Below the pieces are notes generated by a model. It did no database searches, was not told the DNA's origin, and saw nothing but the letters and a program-made list of their open reading frames with translations. Both the position numbers and the translations under genes were made by a program. From NCBI RefSeq assembly GCF_001194135.2, contig NC_068995.1, forward strand, positions 13,561,937-13,625,936: a stretch of 64,000 nucleotides of DNA, given 5' to 3'. Source of the stretch: Octopus bimaculoides. Its lineage: Eukaryota. Numbering within the stretch: the first letter of the stretch is position 1; every line of letters begins with the position of its first letter. Shown piece by piece: positions 1-13,700 of this stretch.

Positions 1-14
1 TATATATATACATA

Positions 15-182
15 TATACGACAGGCTTCTTTCAGTTTCCGTCTACCAAATCCACTCACAAGGCTTTGGTCGGCCTGAGGCTATAGTAGGAGACACTTGC
101 CCAAGGTGCCACGCAGTGGGAGTGAACCCGGAACCATGTGGTTGGTAAGCAAGCTACTTACCACACAACCACTCCTGCGCCT
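15..182 (-). mobile_element. SINE family A, tRNA-like head (partial)
   Basis: Reverse complement of AGGCGCAGGAGTGGTTGTGTGGTAAG...GGTTCACTCCC (A/B-box-like); matches the 36295 copy. Confidence 0.85.
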
Positions 183-527
183 ATATTAATGGAGTTTCTT
201 TTTTATTTGCATTAGATATTTTAGTGTACAATAACTAATTACACTAACAACTCTTTCCAGTCCCTAACAACTTCCAACTCTACCCAATTCTTTTGTGGCT
301 GTTATTAAGCAAACTTTTTGTCAAGGCAACAGCTGACTGAAACACCATTTAATTAACATTCCAACGGTTGCCATACTATTGTAAGATCAATTCTTTTGGT
401 ACCACAATACTTGAACAGCTGTGACTGCTTCTGACACTATGATATAAAACTGTTAATTTTTTTTTTAGTGTTCATATCTAAATAAAATCATTTTTTGTTA
501 AGTTACATTCCAAGTACTGACTTATAG

Positions 528-914
528 GTGGAGGCGCAATGGCCCAGTGGTTAGGGCAGTGGACTCGTGGCCGTAGGATCACGCTTTCAATTCCCAGACC
601 GAGCGTTGTGAGTGTTTATTGAGCAAAAACACCTAAAGCTTCACGTGGCTCCGGCAGGGGTGGTGGCGAACCCTGCTGTACTCTTACACCACAACTTTCT
701 CTCACTCTTACTTCCTGTTTCTGTTGTGCCTGTAATTCAAAGGGTCAGCCTTGTCACACTGTGTCACGCTGAATATCCCCAAGAACTACGTTAAGGGTAC
801 ACGTGTCTGTGGAGTGCTCAGCCACTTGCACGTTAATTTCACGAGCAGGCTGTTCCATTGATCAGATTAACTGGAACCGTCGACATCGTAAGCGACGGAG
901 TGCCAACAACAACA
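528..914 (+). mobile_element. SINE family B, full length
   Basis: tRNA-like head (TGGCCCAGTGG...TTCAATTCCC), (CAA)n tail, 12-bp TSD ACTGACTTATAG at 516-527 and 915-926. Confidence 0.92.
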
Positions 915-1872
915 ACTGACTTATAGACACCAGCCTAATGAAAACAAGTTATTTTTGCTAAATTCCTCCAGATTTCAAAATTAACTGAAACNNNNNNNNN
1001 NNNNNNNNNNNNNNNNNNNNNNNNNNNNNNNNNNNNNNNNNNNNNNNNNNNNNNNNNNNNNNNNNNNNNNNNNNNNNNNNNNNNNNNNNNNNNNNNNNNN
1101 NNNNNNNNNNNNNNNNNNNNNNNNNNNNNNNNNNNNNNNNNNNNNNNNNNNNNNNNNNNNNNNNNNNNNNNNNNNNNNNNNNNNNNNNNNNNNNNNNNNN
1201 NNNNNNNNNNNNNNNNNNNNNNNNNNNNNNNNNNNNNNNNNNNNNNNNNNNNNNNNNNNNNNNNNNNNNNNNNNNNNNNNNNNNNNNNNNNNNNNNNNNN
1301 NNNNNNNNNNNNNNNNNNNNNNNNNNNNNNNNNNNNNNNNNNNNNNNNNNNNNNNNNNNNNNNNNNNNNNNNNNNNNNNNNNNNNNNNNNNNNNNNNNNN
1401 NNNNNNNNNNNNNNNNNNNNNNNNNNNNNNNNNNNNNNNNNNNNNNNNNNNNNATGCTTCACTCAAGCATTCTGTTTTTGGCAGGGTTTCTCCAACTGGA
1501 AGCCCTTTCTTATACCAACCACTTTACAAAGTGTACTGGGTGTATTGTATTATGGCACCAACACTAGAGTGGTTGACATGTCCTCAGCCAGATCAAAGGA
1601 TCCATTCAAACCTTTAATCCTATTGTACTAGAAATATAGTCACAAAAGAGTTAAAGTCTAAAATATATATGGTCCCCTCCATCTCAATAACTGTAAGAAG
1701 TGTGTTGAGGGAGATTTGGTTACCACATCAAGTAGGTAAAAGAACTACATAAAACCCTAATCTTGTTTCCTTAATCTATGTTACTTGCTCTTATTTTCTC
1801 TACCAATCATTCTATTAAAGCAAAATCTAATCAAATAAGGATTTCTTTTTATTTCCTTATATCTGCTGCTAG

Positions 1873-1973
1873 TGTGAACCAGGAGGCTGTCTGATTGAGC
1901 TTTGTATCCAGCTTGGTATCATCATGACTGGAAAACAACTTCTACAAAACAACTTAGTAGAAATTCTCATTCC
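1873..1973 (+). CDS. ANO1-like: Anoctamin exon (TM6)
   Basis: tag|TGTGAACCAGGAGGC...ATTCC|gtaagt; [34 protein letters not shown]. Absent from the ORF track. Confidence 0.95.
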
Positions 1974-4900
1974 GTAAGTGATGGAAACTTTATTTAAACA
2001 ACACAATATACTTTAAAAAACTACTTTAGGTTTTTTAGACTTAAATAAACTAGCTTTATCTTGCAATTATGAATTTTGAATTTTCTTTTATATACTCTGC
2101 AACAATTGCTTACAATTTCTTAATGAGCAATGTTTGTCCATCTTCTCTGATACATGGTTACTTCTGTCTTTTATTTTATTTCATCTTTGTCTTTTATTAT
2201 CTTTTCTAAAGTTCTAAAGATGCTATGTTTTTAATCTCTCTTTCTCTCTCTCTCTCCTTCTCTTCTCTCTCTATTATACATGGGAAGATTTTGCTTGTTG
2301 TCTTTGTTTGTGTTGCATAATTCACATTCTATTTATATCCTATATCTCTATAAATGTCCTTTCTTATTTATAGATCTATTTATTTTCTAGTTTTCTGTTG
2401 AGCAATGTCTGTTGTGCTTGTTCTGAAGTTCTCAGTAATAGTACAGTTCCCATTAATCAATAATAGCTAGCTATCATTGTTGTTACTACTGCTGTTTCTG
2501 TTGCTGCTGCTGCTGCTGCTGCGATTGTTGTTGTTAGCCTCAGGTAAACTATAATCAAGAAAACCCATCTCAGTAGTCAGTCCACATAGATTAGTTACTC
2601 CTGTTGCTGTTGTTAGGGTTAAGATTGAACCCTAACCCTAACCCAACCTAGGTCAACTGTAACTCAGTCTTTTGTGGTGTTTTCTGGAAATTTAAGAATT
2701 GAAAGAAAAAAAAAACTGAAATTGTCATGCCAGATAAACAGTCTCTTAAATTGATTTGTTTCTTTATTCAGAAAATGCTATCATTAATTCAACTCTTAAT
2801 CTTTTGAGCTTTGGACTCTTCAGTTAGTTTAGTGGTTTCCTACAAGTAAATCACTATGCTATTTAACGTCTATAAGGGAAAAGAAAGGTTCATGATACTG
2901 GTAGAGTATCACCTCCCATTATAATTATTTTCTGTCTTAAGGATCTGGATGGCGAAAGAAGAAGCTCACAAGTGGATGCAATTCAATAATCGTTTATTGT
3001 GATTCCCGCTCTTGTGTCCCGTTCTAGGTGTCCATCTTCATGGTAGTGCATGGCGTGACATTTCCACTCACGTGAAGTATATTACCTCTGGAGAATAACG
3101 TATGTGGTTAGAGTGGGTTAGAGTCCACTGTAGCTGCCTGCTTCATAGTGTCCCTCAGCGTAAGCAAGCTGGAGAAGACTAAGAGGTTGAATGTCTTTCG
3201 TACCTGCTTAAATAGCCGTTGTTGAGGAGAGCCTTGTTGTGGTGTTGCACATGGCAATGGTTGTACACGAGATCTCGCTCTTGTCTCGGACAAGATAATG
3301 GCTGCCAGCAAGATCTTGTACAAAATGGCGCTGGCTACTTGTGCCACGCTACACATCTTTAATCCCAAGTCAAAGTTTGTCATCATCATCACTTAACATC
3401 TGTTATCCTGTTGGCATGGGTTGGATGGTTTGACCAGGGCTGCACCTTGATGGAGGTTTGTGCTCTCTGAGTGCTCTTGTTTCTCTTGGATCTGTTACGA
3501 TAAGATGTTTCTGCATGTGTGGATTGTGTTATGGTTTGGTATAGAGTTGATACAAATCGAATGAACACAGATTCTATTGATATTTAAAATTCAAAAATAT
3601 TTATTCTTATCAATGACTAAATGTTGTTACTAGTAATGACAAGAACTATCTTCCACACGTACAGGCTTAATCCTTTCAGGTGCTGATGCCACTTAAAAAG
3701 CACCCATGCTAGTGCTGTATTAATGCACCCATACCAGTGCTATGTAAACACACCCATGTCAGTGGCATGTAAAAAGCGCCCAGCACACTCTGTTAACTGA
3801 TTGGCATTAGGAACGGCATCTAGCCACAGAAATCATTCCACAACAGACAGTTGGAATCTGGACAGCTCCATGTCAAACCATCCAACCCATGCCAACATGG
3901 AAAGAGGGCGTTAAATGATGATGATGTGACAAGTAAGATCATTTGAAGTTTGTTTGAAATTTCATTATTGGTTCAAATATAACAGTAGTCACCATGATAT
4001 GTTTCTTGGCATTAAGCTCGTTAAGCTGTGTTTGCTGCCACCACCACCACCACCATTATTATCATTGTCGTCATCTTTGACCATTGTCTTGGTGCTACAA
4101 ACACTTCTCTTGTCTGATTTCTGGTTCTCTAGTGCTGTCTGCTGTCTAAAATGTGCTGAATATACAGCCAATGTCTTTTACAGGAAAATCACGTCAAAGA
4201 GGAAATTGTTTAATTAGATTCTGTTCCACTGGAAATTTAAATGGTTAATATTTTGAAGATATCAGCAATATTTAAGCAAATTATGTTCGTGTTCTATTGT
4301 TGTTTTTGTATCGGATACAGTGACCTGGGTTCAATTTCAAGGTGTTTTGCTACTGCCAAATATTCCTGCTACAGATAAAACCAGAACATGGCATATTATG
4401 ACCAATTGAGTGAATCAATTGTTTCCCCCCCCCCTCTCTGTCTATCAATCTATCTCTGTATATACATACACACATATATACATACAAATAATATCTGCTT
4501 CTTTGTTTATCTCTGTATTTAGTCTTACTATGTCTCTTACAAACTTGTATCTTTTGTGTGAATGTATCAATATGTCTTAGAACATGAGATAACATTTCAT
4601 AATTTCCAGGAAATTATGGAAATATTGCATGAAACGATGGAAAGAAGCTGCCAAGAAGAAACTACCAAATACCCCTTGGGAGAAAGATCTCCTTCTGACT
4701 GATGTTGATACCACGACTCTGTTTTATGAATATTTAGAAATGAGTGAGTATAAATACTTTGCTTTTGTTTTGTTTTTAGTGGTAATATATTTCTTTTATT
4801 AAATTATTATAGGCGCAGGAGTGGCTGTGTGGTAAGTAGCTTGCTTACCAACCACATGGTTCCGGGTTCAATCCCACTGCACGGCACCTTGAGCAAGTGT

Positions 4901-7900
4901 CTTGAACTATAGCTTCGGGCTGACCAAAACCTTGTGAGTGGATTCAGTTCATAGAAATTGAAAGAAGCTCATCATATATATGTGTATATATGTGTGTGTG
5001 TGTGTGTTTGTGCTTTTGTGCATGTGTTTGTTCCCCCCGTCATTGACAACCAGCGTTGGTGTGTTTACATCCCCGTAATTTAGCAGTTCAGCAAAAGAGA
5101 CCAAGAGAATAAATACCAGGCTTTAGAANNNNNNNNNNNNNNNNNNNNNNNNNNNNNNNNNNNNNNNNNNNNNNNNNNNNNNNNNNNNNNNNNNNNNNNN
5201 NNNNNNNNNNNNNNNNNNNNNNNNNNNNNNNNNNNNNNNNNNNNNNNNNNNNNNNNNNNNNNNNNNNNNNNNNNNNNNNNNNNNNNTATATATATATAGC
5301 TTTCATGAAACATTGTCTCATATACATATAAATAAATTTTAATTATATTTTTTAAAGCCCAAACAATTGAAGTTATAAAAATATACAGGTTGATAGTTTT
5401 ACCTAGTATTTCGATATTTCAAGATTAGGCTCCCTCCCTCAGGAAATCTTTGAACAGAGCAGGTCAGCAAAGATTTCCTGAAGAAGTGGATCCTAACCCT
5501 GAAATATTGCAAGACCAGGTAAAATTATCAACCTGTATTATTCATATAATTTGCCTTGTTTTGGCTTTAAAAATATATAATTAAAGACAGACCCTGTTGA
5601 TGCTGGTGCCACATAAAAAGCACCTAGTACACTCTGTAAAGTGGTTGGTGTTTGGAAGGGGATCCAGCTGTAGAAAACAAGCCAAAACAGAAGACTGGAA
5701 CCTGGTGCAACTCCCAGCTTGCCAGGTCTATGCCAACCATTCAACCCATGCCAGCATGGAAAACTGACGTTAAATGATGATGATGATAATAATATATTTG
5801 TGAATGTGTAAGTCCTTATCTTGACTAACAGAGCGTTGAATTGGCAGATTTATTAGAACCTGAGATAGAATGCTTTACAATAGTTGTTCTGTCTCTCTAC
5901 ATTCTAAGATCAAATCCTACCAAGATCAACTTTGTTCTTCTTCCTTCTGGATGTTAATAAAGTAAACTACAAGTTAAGTGCCTCTTATATAATTTGACCA
6001 TTTTCATCTCCTAAATTTCAAGCCTCTTACTTCCTGTGTTAGAAACAATTATTTTACAAATAGTTTTCCATGATAGCATCAGAGGGATTGTGTCCCTTTA
6101 TGGTACACATACTTTTGGAGTGATTGCCTATAGCTTGATGCCCTTATATTTATGTTGTGTGAAATAAATACTGCACCTGTGAAGTAGGAGTGAAACCTGT
6201 TTTGCTCAGCCAGACATACTAAGTCACACAGAGTTGTTTGCTTTGTCCTAATATATGACTTCGAAAGTAAGTGTTTTGCTCAAGAACATAATGCATCGCC
6301 CAGTCCAGGAATTGAAACCACAATCATACAATCATAAGTGCAACACACCAACCACTAAGCTACACACCTCATCTGGATCACCTAATATATTTATACAAAT
6401 TTAATTAAATATGTGAGATTTTAATTATACTCTATGCTTTCTATTTCAGTTCTTCAATTTGGGTTTCTAACCCTATTTGTAGCAGCTTTCCCCATGGGTC
6501 CACTGTTCTGTTTAATCAACAATATAATAGAAATCAGAGCTGATGCCAATAAGTTTGTTACTACAATAAAACGACCAACTCCACAAATTGCAACCAATAT
6601 TGGTGAGTGTTTCAATTTTCTGATAATCTTTTTGCTTTCGAATATATATAACCTGATCAAGTAGACCCACAATAGAAAGCATTCCTGTCCGTCTATTTAA
6701 GGATACGTAACTCTTTTTTTTACCATAATTCTGTTGAAATACACTGCCTTTATTTCAATTAATTCCGAAAAGAAGGAAGAACTTAATAAAATAACATTGC
6801 CATAACTGAGGTGAAATATAGAACATGTGGCCTTCGTGCTGGTGGCACGTAAAAGCACCCACTACACTCTCGGAGTGGTTGGCGTTAGGAAGGGCATCCA
6901 GCTGTAGAAACTCTGCCAAATCAGATTGGAGCCTGGTGTAGCTATCTGGTTCACCAGTCCTCAGTCAAATCGTCCAACCCATGCTAGCAGGGAAAGCGGA
7001 CGTTAAACGATGATGATGATGAAGAATTAATAAGAAATTGTGATGGAAGTTTTTAAATATAGATCACTTTAAAACAGGATGTTAATGTCATAGAACCAAG
7101 AGTGACCTCAAGCAGTTTGGTATCAAAAGACTTCATTATCTAATACTTCATTCTGTTATTTATGATGACAAAAATGAAAGAAAAGAGCGTATGTTGAAAC
7201 AAAGTTATGGTTTGATACAAAGCAATTGTTTCTACTTAAATTCAGATTTGTTTTGAATTATCTTACCTTTCCTTTTAAACATAAATCTTGGTTTTGTAAG
7301 CCTAAAATTTGGTCTTCCTAAATGTTTCGCATACTTTTGTTTTCTTAATACATGTGACAAAGAACACTAAAATAAGAATAACAAGAAAGCTGAACTGAAG
7401 ACCAAGTATATATACTTGTATATATGCATTTTTTCTTTCTTTTTCACAAAGGAAATATCTATCTTTTACTTGTTTCAGTCAGTGACTGCAGCTATGCTGA
7501 AGCTCTGCCTTGAAGGCTTTAGCCAAACAACTCAACCCCAGTATTTCACTTTTTCTAAGACTGGTACTTATTATATCAGTTTCTTTTTGTCAAACTGCTA
7601 AGTTATGGAGGCCATAAACAAACCAACATCAGTTGTCAAATGATGTGGAGAGGACACACACAAAGACATGCACAAGCATACATGCATATACATACAACAG
7701 GCTTCTTTCAGTTTCCATCTTCCACCTCCATTTATAAGGCTTTGGTTGACTTGGGGCTATAGTAAAAGACATTTGCCTAAGGTGCCATGCTTTGGGACTG
7801 AACCTGAAACCAAGGACTTGTGCTTATAATAGAAAGGATTATTATGTTATTGTTAAGGTGGCAAGCTGACAGAATCATTAGCATGCTGTATGAAATGCTT

Positions 7901-9564
7901 AGCAGTATTTCACCTGTTGCTATGTTCTGAGTTCAAATTCTGCTGCGATCGACTTAGCCTTTCATCCTTTTGGGGTCAACGAATTAAGTACCAGTGAAAC
8001 ATTAAGGTTGATGTAATCAACCAGCTCCCTGCCACCAAATTTCAGGTCTTGTGCCTTTAGTAGAAAGGATTATTATTATTTTTAAGGCGGCGAGCTGGTA
8101 GAATCATTAGTACACCGAGTGAAATGCTTAGCGGTATTTCTTCTGTCTTCATGTTCTGGGTTCAAATTCTGCCAAGGTTGACTTTGCTTTGCATCCTTTT
8201 AGAGTTGACAAATTAAGTACCAGTGGACCACTGGGGTCGATGTAATCGACTAGTCCCCTCCCTCCATATCTCAAGCCTTGTGCCTTTAGTAGAAAGGATT
8301 GTAGTGAAACTAACACCTCGATCGCCATTACATACAAAACTACCTCCCGCCATTAGATACAAACTACTATCGCCATTACATACAATCTTCTCATTTAAAT
8401 ATAAATAAATGCGAGCGTAGTAGAGAACCCATTCCTTGTCATCACGTGGCTGATCATTATTCGAATCGGCAACTTCTTCGAACCGTTCCCGCCAGAACGC
8501 AAACTGACCAATCACAGCCCCTAATAAGGTCACGTGATAGAGTAAAATTCTGAAGCCATTTGGAGCCCTCTTAACGCCTTAAATAGATCAACTCATACCC
8601 CACAAATTTGTCTCGGTCCAGTTTCTCTTTGAGAACTGTTCCGTGTACCACACGACAGCAGCAGCAGTTNNNNNNNNNNNNNNNNNNNNNNNNNNNNNNN
8701 NNNNNNNNNNNNNNNNNNNNNNNNNNNNNNNNNNNNNNNNNNNNNNNNNNNNNNNNNNNNNNNNNNNNNNNNNNNNNNNNNNNNNNNNNNNNNNNNNNNN
8801 NNNNNNNNNNNNNNNNNNNNNNNNNNNNNNNNNNNNNNNNNNNNNNNNNNNNNNNNNNNNNNNNNNNNNNNNNNNNNNNNNNNNNNNNNNNNNNNNNNNN
8901 NNNNNNNNNNNNNNNNNNNNNNNNNNNNNNNNNNNNNNNNNNNNNNNNNNNNNNNNNNNNNNNNNNNNNNNNNNNNNNNNNNNNNNNNNNNNNNNNNNNN
9001 NNNNNNNNNNNNATCTGCTGTAAACACTCATACACACATGTATCACTCACATACACACTTTTCTTTGTACGACGGCCTGTCTTTGATTATGTTATTATAT
9101 GTCGCATTCACACTCTCACACAGACATACATCTTTAACGCTACAATAAATATCTCTGTTATTCATATTATACGGTTGTGGTCTTTCATTACTGGTCATCT
9201 ATGTTATCGTCGCATAACATATTAGTATATCATCTTCGATATATTATTGTGTGTTCGACCGTGTGACGCGTTTAAATAAAAGGAGTCCTCTGTTTTTCCA
9301 TTCGTCACCATTTCTCCTTTTATGAGTTCGCACGGTCGTCCCTTACAGGATTATTAAGGCAGTGAGCTGGCAAAATCATTAGCAATCTGGGCAAAATGTT
9401 GCTTAGCATTTTGCCCAGTTTCACATTCTGAGTCCAAATGTCACTCAGATTGACTTTGCCTTTCATATTTTCAGGGTCAATAAAACAAGTACCAGTCAAG
9501 TTCTGGGGTCAATGTAATCAACTTACTCCTTCCCCTAAAATTACTGGCCTTGTGCCAAAATTTG

Positions 9565-9616
<52 letters not shown>

Positions 9617-9850
9617 TATTATTATTATTATTATTACGGCGAGCTGGCAGAATCATTAACATGCTGGGCAAAATACTTAGTGGTATTTCATCCATCTTTA
9701 CGTTCTGAGTTCCAATTCCACCAAGGTCGACTTTGCCTTTCATCCTTTCAGGGTTGATAAAATAAGTACCAGTTGAGTACTGGGGTCAATGTAATCGACT
9801 AGTCCCCTCCCACCAAATTTCAGGCCTTGTGCCTATAATAGAAAAGATTA

Positions 9851-9881
<31 letters not shown>

Positions 9882-10727
9882 GTTAAGTCTACACTACAAG
9901 TAGGCTGCAGTGAGATCATATAGATATTCATACAAATTCTTTTATTCAATGTTGTTTCATTAATTTATAGGGATATGGTACAGTGTACTTTACGGTATCT
10001 CAAGAATTGCAATTCTATCAAATGTAAGTTGTTTTTATATATTTAATATTTTTTTAATATATTATATATTTTGAAAAATAAACAGTGACTAAATAGGTTG
10101 AAGAGGATGTGATTTTGTTCTAGCGCTGGTACCATGATAAAATGTACCCTGTAGACTCGACTAAGGGATTTATGTTATGAATAGGTTGAAGAGGATGTGA
10201 TTTCTTTCTAGCGCTGGTACCATGATAAAATGTACCCAGTAGACTCGGCTAAGGGGTTTATGTTATGAAAAGCATCCAGGTACAGAAACCATGCTTAAAT
10301 GGAAAGTACAAGGAAAATGGGGTTGTGATCTTCCATTTCATTTAGGAGGTAATAATTCCAAAGAAGAACTGATAGGAACTGTGACTATCTGACTAACCTA
10401 TGCCAACCTGAAAAATGGAAATAAAGTGAGGTTGATGATGACAAGAGAGGCGCTGGTGACAATAGTGATGATAATATTATAAGCATATATGGAGTCACTT
10501 ATCCACAAAACCACTGAATTTATTAATAGACTACTTCCCTTTGGTTTTGTGGTTTATGCTGTACTTCCTATATGTGGTTATTGGTGGGTTGTGGCTTTTT
10601 GAGTCGATGACCTAATGGTTTTATTCTGCAATTAATTTTGTACTTTTGTCTCAACTAGTTTGAGCACTTCTTATTACAGCCTTGTATAAATTCTATTAGT
10701 TTTCTAATACAAAGCTGTTAATATTGA

Positions 10728-10772
<45 letters not shown>

Positions 10773-13700
10773 TCATGGAATTTACTCAAAATTTTCTTCG
10801 GTTTGTGGTTGAAATCAATAAATTGAATTGATATCAGAGAATATACAAAGGAGTATAAATCACAAAATAACAGTTACTAGATGTGGTGTTTAAATAATAT
10901 ATTGTTTAAGCTGACACTCCCAGAGCTGATAAAGTAATTTCATTCTTTAACATAGGCACATTGAGTGGGAATGGTGCAATCAAATAAAATTGACACATAC
11001 ACCCATAAACACTCACATCCACACATATTCACATGGACACACAGACACACACATGAACATACGAACAAACACACACACACACACATACACATGCACAATA
11101 TCATGGGCTTCTACATAGATTGTCCACGAAATTCACTCACAAAATTCTGTTTGATTTGGGTTACCTAAGGTGCCAAACTGTTGGGACTGAACCCGAAACT
11201 CTATGGTTTGCAAAGCAGTTTTCTGAACCACACCACTGTGGTATTTACATCTGCTGAATCCTTTCTTTCTTTCTTTCTTTATTTATTTATTTACTTATTT
11301 ATTTATTTATTTATTTATTTATCTATCGTTGTTTCATTTCCAGGCATTCATCATATGTGTGACATCAGATTTTATACCTCAGTTAGTTTACAAACTAGGC
11401 TACAGTTTAGATGATAACCTCAGTGGCTATGTGGAGAATTCCTTGTCCTATTTCAACACCAGTGATTTTGAACTGAATCACCGTCCTTTCAGTATGCCAA
11501 ATGAAACAGTGGTAGAGATTTGTCGGTAAGTTCTCTTTATTTTCTCATTCTTTCACTCTTTCATCCATCTCTATTTATCAAACAACAAAGATGCCCTTTG
11601 ATACAACTTGATGCATCATTTTACACTAATGTACACAAACAGGCATGTGGTTGTGTGATAAGAAGTGGTATGGTAAGTGAATGAGAAAGAGTGAGTGATA
11701 AATGGGAGGGTAAGGGAGAAGGGAATAATAGACAAGATATATATCTTTTATTTTTTACTTGTTTCAATTGTTTGACTGTGGCCATGCTGGAGCACGGCCT
11801 TGAAGGGTTTTAATCAAACAAATTGACCCCCAGGACTTTTAAAACCTAGTATTTATTCTATTGGCCTCTTTTTGCCAAACCACTAAGTTACAGGGACATA
11901 AAACTCACCAACACTGGTTGTCTAGTAGTGGCGGAGATGGGGTACACAAACAGACACAAAGACACACACACACACATATATATATATACATACACACACA
12001 CTAGCACACATACACAACAGGCTTCTTTCATATTCCATCAGCTAGATCCACTCACAAGGCTTTGGCCAGCCCAAGGCTATAGTAGAAAACAACTGCCCAA
12101 TGTGCCATGTGTTGGGACTGAACCCAGAATCATGTGGTTGGGAGGCAAGCTTCTTACCACACAGCCACACCTATGCCTCTTATATATATATGAGAGAGAG
12201 AGATAGAGAGAGAGTCTAACCCATGCCTGCATGGAGAGTGGACGTTAAATGATGATGATGAAATAATATTTCCAAAATGGTTTAGAGGGATATATAATCC
12301 TATAATCCTAGCAGATACCATGTTTGCTCATTATCAGTTATCAATGCTGACTAGCCACAGTGAATGTTGATGAAACTCAAGTTAGATGTAATTAACTATA
12401 CTCGGTTATTAAGGATACTATATAAATATATTTTGTATGTATATATATATATATGTGTGTGTATCATCATTTAACATCTGTTTTCCATGCTGGCATGGGT
12501 AAGGTGTTTTGACTGAAACTGGTAAGTTGGTGAGCTACACCAGATTCCAATCTCATTTGGTATGGTTTCTATGACTGGATGCCTTAATGCCAACCACTCC
12601 AAGAGTGTAATGGGGCCTTTTACGGGCCACTGGCATGGGTGCCAGTTACATGACACCGACATCAGCCATGACTATGATTTCATTTGGCTTGATGGGTCTT
12701 CTTGAGTATGGTATATCGCCAAAGGTCTCTGTCACTTATCATTGCCTCCATGAGGCCCCATGTTCAAAGGGTGCTTTTAACATGTCACTAGCACAGGTGC
12801 CAGTTATACGACTCTGGCATCAGCCATAACTGTGATTTCACTTGTTTTCACAGGTCTTCTCAAGCACAGCATATTGCCAAAGGTCTTGGTCACTGTGAGG
12901 CCTAACATTCAAAGATCATGTTTCACCATCTCATCCCATGTCTTCCTGGGTTTACCTCTTCCACAGGCTCCCGATAGAGGGAACCTGTGGAAGGGGTGTA
13001 TTATCCCAACATTCATTACTGCCATCTTAATGACTATTTTGCCATGCTTGCACTAGTGTGTAGGTCTTCTCCTGCATGAGCATCACATAATCTCTTTCCC
13101 CTCAAATTAACCAGCACGCTAAATGAAATACTTAGCGGTGTTTCACTTGCCACTATGTTCTGAGTTCAAATTCTGCCAAGGTCGACTTTGCCTTTCATCC
13201 TTTCAGGGTTGATAAATTAAGTACCAGTGAAACACTGGGGTTGATGTAATTGACTAGTTTCCTTCCCCAAAATTTCAGGAGAAAGGATTGTTATCAAGTG
13301 TTCTGTTTATTTTTCACAGCTACCGGGATTATCGAAATCCACCTTGGGATGACAATAAATATGAATATTCTGAGAAATTCTGGCATATCTTTGCGGCAAG
13401 GATGGCTTTTGTTGTTGTTTTCGAGGTTTGTAAAATATTATCATATACCATAATATATATTATCATATTATAAAATGCTTCCATGTAAATTATTGGTGGA
13501 ATTTCTGGTTTAAGCATCTCATATAACTCCACTTTACTTTTTTTATTCTTGGGAATTTTCAGAAAATTTTTACGGATTTGTGTTGTACACATGGGAATTC
13601 ATAGAATTATTCAAAAAAAATGTTTTCTTTTAATTTCTTTTGCCCCACTCCCTACCTAAGTCTTTAAATTTCCATTCTTTGATTTTTTTCTTAAATCAGA

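Noticed and set aside
528-610. tRNA-like sequences at SINE heads, considered as tRNA genes
   Set aside because: They have A/B-box-like motifs but no complete cloverleaf or acceptor stem, and they continue into SINE bodies with tails and TSDs.
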